From contig CAXXDV010000003.1 in assembly GCA_963674745.2 (NCBI GenBank), positions 224,001-288,000 on the forward strand: DNA of 64,000 bases, given 5' to 3'. Origin of the DNA: Desulfosudaceae bacterium. GTDB taxonomy: Bacteria > Desulfobacterota > Desulfobacteria > Desulfobacterales > Desulfosudaceae. Below are positions 1 to 6,882 of the stretch, piece after piece; positions within the stretch are counted from its first letter, which is position 1; every line of letters begins with the position of its first letter. A program made the translations under genes and the position numbers. The notes under the pieces were generated by a model. That model did no database searches and was not told the origin of the DNA. It saw only the letters and a program-made list of their open reading frames with translations.

Positions 1-388
1 GGCCCGCCATTTTCTCCGCCGGCTGGAAGGCGATGTGCCCAAAACCGAGTTTTCCAGCGGCGCACTGCGGCTGCTCAAGGAATACACCTGGCCGGGGAAT
101 GTCCGGGAGCTTTCCAACGCCATCGAGCGAGCCGTCATCCTGTCGCGGGGGACAAACAAGATTACGGCTGAAACGCTCTCGTTTCTGGACGCCAACCGCT
201 CCCAGCCGGCCGCTAAAATCGGTTTTCGACTTCCGCCGGAAGGAATATCTCTGGAAGAACTGGAGATGGATATGGTAAAACAAGCCCTTGAAACATGTCA
301 GAACAACCAGACCGCGGCAGCGAAATTCCTGGGGCTGACCAGGGCCAAGTTCAGGGTTTTGATGAATCAGATGAAAAAGGATGAATAA
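1..388 (+). CDS. sigma54-dependent (NtrC/Fis-family) transcriptional activator, C-terminal part; 5' end lies outside the window
   Basis: YTWPGNVREL-x-N-x-IERA AAA+ motif followed by Fis-type HTH (ALETCQNNQTAAAKFLGLTR). Confidence 0.93.
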   Translation, partial: ARHFLRRLEGDVPKTEFSSGALRLLKEYTWPGNVRELSNAIERAVILSRGTNKITAETLSFLDANRSQPAAKIGFRLPPEGISLEELEMDMVKQALETCQNNQTAAAKFLGLTRAKFRVLMNQMKKDE

Positions 389-2498
389 TCCCGGGCTCAA
401 ACCGGACAATATTTTTATAAAAGGTGCTTGTCATAAGGTAATGAACGGTCGATTTCTCAACATATCCTTGATGGTTTTAGTTCTCCTGATGTTCCTGCTT
501 ATGCCGGGGATATTGCCGGCTGAAGAAGCCGAGCCGTGTGACGGACAGAATGATACCCTGCTGATGTTTGTCGGAGAAGATCTGGAAGTCCTGTCCATTG
601 CCTCCCGGCGCCGGCAGAGTGCCTGGCAGGCACCGGCCGTGGCCCATGTGATTACCCGGGAAGACATCCAGGAGCAGGGGATCCAGACCCTGAGCCATGC
701 TTTGGAAATGGCGCCTGGTTTTTATATGGCCCAGAAAGAGTGGGGCAAACAGCCTTATTTGAGAGGTATCCCCGATTCGGTCCTGTTTCTTTATGACACG
801 GTGCCCATTGGCTCGGATATCAGCAAATCCATCCATCCACTTGACAATGAACTGTCCATTGCCCCGGTCAAGCGCATTGAAATCCTGCGCGGTCCCGGGT
901 CGGTGCTCTGGGGGGCGGACGCCTTTGCCGGTATCGTGAACCTGGTGCCCATGACCGGTAAGGATGTGGACGGGGCGCAGGCCGGGATCATCGGCGGCAG
1001 CCCCAATGGCCAGCGGGCCTTTTATGTCAATGCCGGCCATGACGCAGGTGCCTGGGACGCCTTTTTGTCGATCAGCGGCCGTGAAGGAGAAGAAGGCGAT
1101 GGCGATTACAATCTCGTCCGTTTCTGGAAAGATGATATCACCGCCTACCCCCCTGACGAACGGTATGGTGATCAGCGGCCGGGAGATTCGCACTACCTTG
1201 AACTGTCGGGGAATTTTTCTTATGACGACTGGTTCACGCTTTCAGGCCTGTTTCACGATTATACCCGGAAATTTACCCTGTCGCGGCCGGAAGCGGATAT
1301 CTCTTGGCGCGAGAGCCGGGGGGTACCCTTCGGTTTTATCAAAATGGAGGCGAAAAAGGACCTGGGGTGCGCTTCCGCCCTCCGTTTTACCGGTTCCTAC
1401 AGCCTGTTGAAGCCCGAATACGAGATCATTGACCGGGTCATGAAGCAGAAGGAAAAAACCGTTTACGGTGAAATTATTTATGACCGGTCTTTTATGGCCG
1501 GCCGGGGCCTTTTCACCGGCGGGTTTTCTTACCGGGACAAGCAGGTGGAGGATGCCCCCATCTGGGACGGTTATCTGCCGGATTACCTGGGCGGGGAAAA
1601 TGTCAACCTGGTACCGGGGCTGACGGTGAATGATTATAGTGACGGGTTGTGGTCGGTTTTCGGGCAATACAATCAGAAAGTCGGTAATTTCGATCTCTGG
1701 GCGGGCTTGCGGAACGATGCCCATGACGAATACGGTGATTATCTGAGTTACAATCTCGGTGCTGTCTGGTCTCCTGAATCTCAATGGATGGTTAAGCTGC
1801 TTTACGGGGTGGCCTATCGCACGCCCTTTGCCCGTCAGCTTCTGGAAGAACAACGTCCCGACACCGAGGAAATCAAGACCGTCAATTTTCAGGTGGCCTG
1901 GCGGCCGTCCCGGCAGGTGGGGCTGAGTGTGTGCGGTTTTGTCAGCCGTATCGAGAACCATATTATCGAAGATCCCTATGCCGGTCTTTCCATGCCCAAC
2001 GAACAGGATATCCAGGGGGTGGAAATCGAAGGTCATTTTTCACCGGTCAGCAGCCTTGATTTCGCGGCCAACCTGACCCTGCTGGACAATGACGGCCCGG
2101 ATGAGGTCTATAACTGGAACGACTATTCCTTTGTCCGACCCGATGGAACCGTGGAGAAGCATTACACCGAACTCAAATACCCTTATGACAGCGGGCCGGA
2201 AAGGCTTTTTAATCTCAGCGGGACATGGCGGCCGGTCGAACGGGTGTCCGCCTTTTTGCGTCTGGGTTATTTCGGTCCTCGAGACCTGATATTCCCCCGC
2301 AGCGCGGAAATATGTTCCGTTCCCGGCGTCTGGCTGCTGGATACCAGTGCCACGGTCCGGGATATCGGTTTTCCCGGCCTGGACCTGGAAATTACCGTTC
2401 GCAATCTCCTGGACGAGTCGTACCAGACCCCCGGGACTTACAGCCTCATACAGGGAGATCCCATCACGCTGTGGGTGGAGTTGAGAAAGGGGTTTTAG
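381..2498 (+). CDS. TonB-dependent outer-membrane receptor
   Basis: Signal peptide; plug motifs APAVAHVITREDI and IEILRGPGSVLWGADAFAGIVN; beta-barrel segments ending NLLDESY...F with C-terminal Phe. Overlaps the activator stop; true start may be a later Met. Confidence 0.9.
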   Translation: MNNPGLKPDNIFIKGACHKVMNGRFLNISLMVLVLLMFLLMPGILPAEEAEPCDGQNDTLLMFVGEDLEVLSIASRRRQSAWQAPAVAHVITREDIQEQGIQTLSHALEMAPGFYMAQKEWGKQPYLRGIPDSVLFLYDTVPIGSDISKSIHPLDNELSIAPVKRIEILRGPGSVLWGADAFAGIVNLVPMTGKDVDGAQAGIIGGSPNGQRAFYVNAGHDAGAWDAFLSISGREGEEGDGDYNLVRFWKDDITAYPPDERYGDQRPGDSHYLELSGNFSYDDWFTLSGLFHDYTRKFTLSRPEADISWRESRGVPFGFIKMEAKKDLGCASALRFTGSYSLLKPEYEIIDRVMKQKEKTVYGEIIYDRSFMAGRGLFTGGFSYRDKQVEDAPIWDGYLPDYLGGENVNLVPGLTVNDYSDGLWSVFGQYNQKVGNFDLWAGLRNDAHDEYGDYLSYNLGAVWSPESQWMVKLLYGVAYRTPFARQLLEEQRPDTEEIKTVNFQVAWRPSRQVGLSVCGFVSRIENHIIEDPYAGLSMPNEQDIQGVEIEGHFSPVSSLDFAANLTLLDNDGPDEVYNWNDYSFVRPDGTVEKHYTELKYPYDSGPERLFNLSGTWRPVERVSAFLRLGYFGPRDLIFPRSAEICSVPGVWLLDTSATVRDIGFPGLDLEITVRNLLDESYQTPGTYSLIQGDPITLWVELRKGF

Positions 2499-2556
2499 GT
2501 TCCAGGTTCAGGGTTCAAGGTTCAAGGTTCGGGGTTCGGGGTTCGGGGTTCGGGGT
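2499..2556 (+). repeat. GGTTCRR heptamer microsatellite directly after the stop codon
   Basis: ggttcca ggttcag ggttcaa ggttcaa ggttcgg x4. Confidence 0.85.
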
Positions 2557-2579
2557 GTTGCGGGCCGTTCACCAGGGGT

Positions 2580-2886
2580 GTAGGGGCAGGCCCCCGTGCC
2601 TGCCCAAGGGCAACCACAGGGGGTTGCCCCTACGGGTCGTGGTGGCCGATTATGAACAATGTAGGGGCAGGCCCCCGTGCCTGCCCGGCAAAAGGGCACC
2701 CACAGGGGGGTGCCCCTACGGGTTGTGGTGGCCGATTATGAACAATGTAGGGGCAGGCCCCCGTGCCTGCCCAAGGGCAACCACAGGGGGTTGCCCCTAC
2801 GGGTCGTGGTGGCCGATTATGAACAATGTAGGGGCAGGCCCCCGTGCCTGCCCGGCAAAAGGGCACCCACAGGGGGGTGCCCCTAC
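2580..2886. repeat. Cluster of four inverted REP doublets (GTAG-type REP, BIME/REPIN-like), A-B-A-B order, 167-bp period
   Basis: GTAGGGGCAGGCCCCCGTGCCTGCCC at 2580, 2661, 2747 and 2828, each followed by an inverted REP ending GCCCCTAC; linkers nearly identical. Confidence 0.9.
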
Positions 2887-2982
2887 AATAAAAGGGCATG
2901 GGTTCAAGGTGACATGCCCGAAGGTTGAAATGCTTAGGCCAGGTGTTAGGGTTTAAGGACTTATGTGGCTTCCAGGTGGGGG

Positions 2983-3020
2983 TTGGCTAAATATGACCAG
3001 TATTGGTTAAATTTAGCCAA
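2983..3020. promoter_or_regulatory. AT-rich inverted repeat (operator/enhancer or terminator)
   Basis: ttggctaaat-atgaccag-ta-ttggttaa-atttagccaa followed by a T run. Confidence 0.4.
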
Positions 3021-3394
3021 TTTTTTTGTGCAAAAGCTGCCTTTTTGCTTCCGGAACCTTTACGTTCAAGGGCCGGCGTTATTTTTTTTGATAAGTAGAT
3101 CCGGTTTGGTCAAAAGAGCGCCTGCTGCCGGATTGAGGTCCTATCTGCCGGGCGGTAAACCGCACCTGTTGGTCGTCATCTCCACCAGATAAAACGGTAA
3201 TTGATATTAATACCGCTACATATTGTGGTTGTTGGAAAAGCCGTTTGTTTTTAAAGCGGGTTCACGGGGTTGTTTGAAGCCTGATGACAAAAACGCCGGC
3301 ACGGTCTTTGTATAACCATAAAGAAATTTTTTGTTAAATAAAGATGCGCGTGAAAGGGACTTGCGCACGGATATTGCATCCAAACTGAGTCACT

Positions 3395-4645
3395 ATGGTC
3401 AGCATTAGAAAAACATACATTTTAATCGGGTTTGTCGTCATTTTGTTTGTCGGGGCAATCGGTGTTGCCTTTGCAGATGAAAATGACGTCCTGACGCCGG
3501 AGGAAGCCCTGCTGGCCCTGATTAATGAGGCGCGTGGCAATCCGCTGGAAACGGCTGCTGCCATGGGCATGGACCCGGAGCAGATTCTGGCCGACTTTCC
3601 CGAACTTGAAAATATCCTGACCGATGGGATGCAACCCCTGGCCTTTAACGAAAACCTCGATGAAGCCGCTTATGCCCATACCGGGGACATGTTTGCCAGG
3701 GGCTATTACTCAAGCCTTTCACCGGACGGGCAGGATTATGAGGAACGTATTAATGATGCCGGGTATCCGGCCGTATTGTCCGGAGAGTCCCTCGGCCTGA
3801 TCCTTTTTGCCAATTTTATCAACCCGGAAGAGGCCGCCCGTCTGATCTTTGAATACATGTTTGCCGATGAACTGGATGCTTCGCGAACGGAAAAAAGAAA
3901 TATCCTGGATCCCTGCTTAAGAGAAGTGGGCATCAGCATCCAGGCCGGTACATTATCCCTGGGAAACGGCCGCTGGAATGTTTACCTGGCCACCTGTGAT
4001 TTCGGCTCGCTGATGTCCTGTGCCGAAGGTGAACTTTTCAACCTGATCAATCAGGCCCGGGTGAATCCGCTGGAAATGCTGGCAGCCTATGAAATGGATG
4101 CCGAAGAACTGCTTGACGAATATCCGCACCTGGAGACCTTTTTTTCAGAAGGGGTTGCACCGCTTTGTTTTAATTTAAGCCTGGCGGAAGCGGCCCGGAT
4201 TCATGCGGCCGATATGCTGGAAAACGGTTTTTTTTCCAGTGAGTCTCTGGACGGTCGAACGGTTGAGGATCGTCTCCTCGAGGCTGAATACTCAGAAGAA
4301 GACTTTAGCGCAGATGAGTTGCTCTGGCGCTCCTGCCTTGGCAAGGACGACGATTTGTTAAACGAGCTGGCCGAAAGCAACTATGATCAGATCCGGGTAT
4401 TGATGGGCCGGGTTTTTGAGGGCATGCTGGATGCCGCTTTGAAAACGAACGTGGATGAGGCGAACAACAGCCTGCTGTTTGGCGAGACCTTTGAGGAAAT
4501 GGGTATCGGAATGGCGGCCGGTGTTTGTACGGAATTTGAAAGTATCTGCGGTGACCGCATATTGCTGCTGACCATGGATTTTGGGGCACGTCCGGAAATG
4601 GAAAGTGAACCGGACACGGCCCTGGATACCGAGGATTTGCCGTAA
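3395..4645 (+). CDS. Exported acidic protein with two tandem CAP (SCP-like) domains
   Basis: Signal peptide (AFA-D); two repeats of LINxARxNPLE...FNxxLxEAAxxHxxDM...G[YF][YF]SSxSxDG...E[VM]GI. Confidence 0.85.
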   Translation: MVSIRKTYILIGFVVILFVGAIGVAFADENDVLTPEEALLALINEARGNPLETAAAMGMDPEQILADFPELENILTDGMQPLAFNENLDEAAYAHTGDMFARGYYSSLSPDGQDYEERINDAGYPAVLSGESLGLILFANFINPEEAARLIFEYMFADELDASRTEKRNILDPCLREVGISIQAGTLSLGNGRWNVYLATCDFGSLMSCAEGELFNLINQARVNPLEMLAAYEMDAEELLDEYPHLETFFSEGVAPLCFNLSLAEAARIHAADMLENGFFSSESLDGRTVEDRLLEAEYSEEDFSADELLWRSCLGKDDDLLNELAESNYDQIRVLMGRVFEGMLDAALKTNVDEANNSLLFGETFEEMGIGMAAGVCTEFESICGDRILLLTMDFGARPEMESEPDTALDTEDLP

Positions 4646-4716
4646 AGGCTTAATATTACTGAATACAAACGGGGTCTTGATCCGTTATGGGTAAAAAAAG
4701 CTGTTAAATTAAAAGC

Positions 4717-4745
4717 TTGACAACAGGCGGGTCTTTAGCTATAGA
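4717..4745 (+). promoter_or_regulatory. Near-consensus sigma70 promoter for the Cys-rich exported protein
   Basis: TTGACA-17 nt-TATAGA with AT-rich upstream DNA. Confidence 0.65.
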
Positions 4746-4902
4746 CAGAAAAACAATATCAATCAAGACGATAGAAAGGAGGGGGATAAAAAAATAAAAT
4801 CAAGTTGTTGATGTTGTAAAGTGTATGTAAAGTATGAAGTTGTTGAAAAGTTGTGAAGTTGTAAAATTGATTGTTGTTAAACGAACTGCAAAGGAGAAAA
4901 CA

Positions 4903-6069
4903 ATGAAAAAGATTTTGGTTTTGATGACCGTCGTGGCGACCGCTCTGGTTCTTTCCACCGGCGCTTTTGCCGACCCGTGCTCAAACTGCAAGTGCCAGCT
5001 CAGAAACATTCCCTGTCCTTCAGACACCCAGTTGGGTCCGGCGTCCTGTAATTGGTTTGATTTTGACATCAATGCTACCCAGGCCAATCAGGCTCTCAAC
5101 GTGACTGACGGCTACTGCAACACGGTTGCCGGCGTTGCCAGCACCCTGAATTGCCGTGCCATCCTGCACGTCTGCGACTGTCTGCCGGATCCGACGGTTT
5201 TTATCGCCGGTCTGGATGTTGGTATTCGTATGACCATCCTGGTCGACGGCCAGGCCGGTGACAACGGTGCTTACTGGTCCGACACTGCCGTTGCTCCAGG
5301 AGGGAATGTGTTTGCCGGTATCGGTGCCGGCATCCTGTGGGATAGCGCGTTGACCCAGGCCAATGCCTGTGCCATCCCTTCCCATGGCGCCGGTGTTCCC
5401 GTAGCTCCCGCCGTTTCTTCCGACACATTCGGTCCGGAAACCTACTACCTGTCCGACGGTGTTACCGTAGCTGACCCGCTGGGCTCCACTGCCTGTTCCG
5501 TTCCGGCCGCCAACCGTGCCACCGTTCTGGAAGCCAGCAACATTGGTCCCGGTACGCTGGTCGGTGGTGAAGGCGAATGGTGGTGGATCGATATTCCGCC
5601 GATCCGCGCCGATCCGTCTTTGCTGGCTGCCGGCTCCACCATCCAGGTTCAGATTTGTCTGCTGGATGACGCCGGTACCTCCATCTGCGGCGGCTGCACC
5701 ATCTGCGAATGCGTCATCGACGTAGCCCAGATGTGCTGTGCTTCTGCTGCTCCGACCACAGGTTTGGTCTTCCCGTATTTCGCTTCCAACGCGTCTTACT
5801 GGAGAGGCGTGGCCATCATCAACCCCAGCACCTCTACCGGTACCATTACCATGACCCTGCATGACGTTGCCGGCAACACTGCCACCGCTTCCGGTACAGC
5901 TCCGGCCGGCGGCATGTTCGTCGACTCTCTGGATAACCTGACATGGACCGGCGCTGCCGACACCAACGGCCGCTGCTGGGTATCTGCTACCTGCAACTTC
6001 GGCGCTGCCGAAGGCGCTGCCATGATGGGTTCCGGATCTACAATCAACATGGGTTACATTGTTGACTAA
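4903..6069 (+). CDS. Cys-rich exported protein, candidate surface-layer/structural subunit
   Basis: AAGGAG RBS before ATG 4903; signal peptide MKKILVLM...AFA; 20 Cys and one Lys in the mature chain; C-terminal LVFPYF...YWRGVAIINP beta-domain; strongly biased codon usage; own promoter and terminator. Confidence 0.8.
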   Translation: MKKILVLMTVVATALVLSTGAFADPCSNCKCQLRNIPCPSDTQLGPASCNWFDFDINATQANQALNVTDGYCNTVAGVASTLNCRAILHVCDCLPDPTVFIAGLDVGIRMTILVDGQAGDNGAYWSDTAVAPGGNVFAGIGAGILWDSALTQANACAIPSHGAGVPVAPAVSSDTFGPETYYLSDGVTVADPLGSTACSVPAANRATVLEASNIGPGTLVGGEGEWWWIDIPPIRADPSLLAAGSTIQVQICLLDDAGTSICGGCTICECVIDVAQMCCASAAPTTGLVFPYFASNASYWRGVAIINPSTSTGTITMTLHDVAGNTATASGTAPAGGMFVDSLDNLTWTGAADTNGRCWVSATCNFGAAEGAAMMGSGSTINMGYIVD

Positions 6070-6126
6070 TTGTAGGTACGACCTGTTGTGTTCTGCTTGA
6101 CGGCAGATACGCAGATCTGAAAATCG

Positions 6127-6160
6127 GTGGGGGGTTTGTTTAACAGACCCCCCACTTTTT
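6127..6160 (+). terminator. Rho-independent terminator
   Basis: gtggggggtttgtt...aacagaccccccac hairpin followed by ttttt. Confidence 0.85.
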
Positions 6161-6210
6161 CATTTTACCAGTAAAATCCCACCCACTGATACTTCCGACC
6201 AGGTGACACA

Positions 6211-6882
6211 ATGATAAACAAAAACAAGGTTTTTACATTTCTTTCAATCCTCATGGCCTTTATCGGATTGCTGGCAGGGGCGATTGAGTGTCCGGCCGCA
6301 TTTTACCGGCCGGACGGGACCATTCAGATTTTATCGGAATATTCCGGTATCGATGCCCCAAACCCTTCTGGCACCCGGCACTGGACAGTCATACCGGTTA
6401 CAACCACGGACGGAAAGGTAACTATGGGTTTTTATCTGAAGGACGCTTCCCCGCAGCAGGCGATATGTCAACTGACGTTTGCCGCAACCGGATCAGACCG
6501 CATTCAATGGCAGGGGATTGAAAATATCAGCCCCAAAATATCTGATGACGGCTTCTTACTCGTCCCGGGTTTCCCTGCGCCCTGCGATGTGTTGCCGGTG
6601 GGTGATATCTCCGAACAAGGCCTTTACCAGGATAGAAATGAAGCAGGCGGCAGCGTGTTTGTTAAATCTTACCAGGTAACCACCAGACCCGTTACGCCGG
6701 CTGAAGCGGTGGACAGCGGCTGGATTAATGACACCATGCCGGATGTGGGTGCTCTGGTGATGGTCACGGCCACGGACAAAAGAGGCGAAACGGTTGTCCG
6801 GCAGTTATGGCCGGTCAATGGTGCCTGGTGGATTTATGAAGAGACGCCCATCAGGCGTTCCTGGCGGATAGAAAATAAATGA
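6211..6882 (+). CDS. Secreted hypothetical protein
   Basis: Signal-like N-terminus, 223 aa, abuts the next gene; no recognised family. Confidence 0.75.
   Translation: MINKNKVFTFLSILMAFIGLLAGAIECPAAFYRPDGTIQILSEYSGIDAPNPSGTRHWTVIPVTTTDGKVTMGFYLKDASPQQAICQLTFAATGSDRIQWQGIENISPKISDDGFLLVPGFPAPCDVLPVGDISEQGLYQDRNEAGGSVFVKSYQVTTRPVTPAEAVDSGWINDTMPDVGALVMVTATDKRGETVVRQLWPVNGAWWIYEETPIRRSWRIENK

Noticed and set aside
2580..2886. CRISPR array
   Set aside because: Linkers are near-identical rather than unique, units are inverted REP doublets found dispersed elsewhere, and there are no cas genes
2225..2956. ORFs with repeated peptides (2225..2956, 2508..2699, 2630..2899, 2677..2928)
   Set aside because: Translations of REP and microsatellite DNA
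3212..3230. NrdR-box-like sequence ctacatattgtgg
   Set aside because: Single imperfect copy with no ribonucleotide reductase gene nearby
4903..6069. Multiheme cytochrome or ferredoxin
   Set aside because: No CxxCH and no CxxCxxCxxxCP motif despite many Cys
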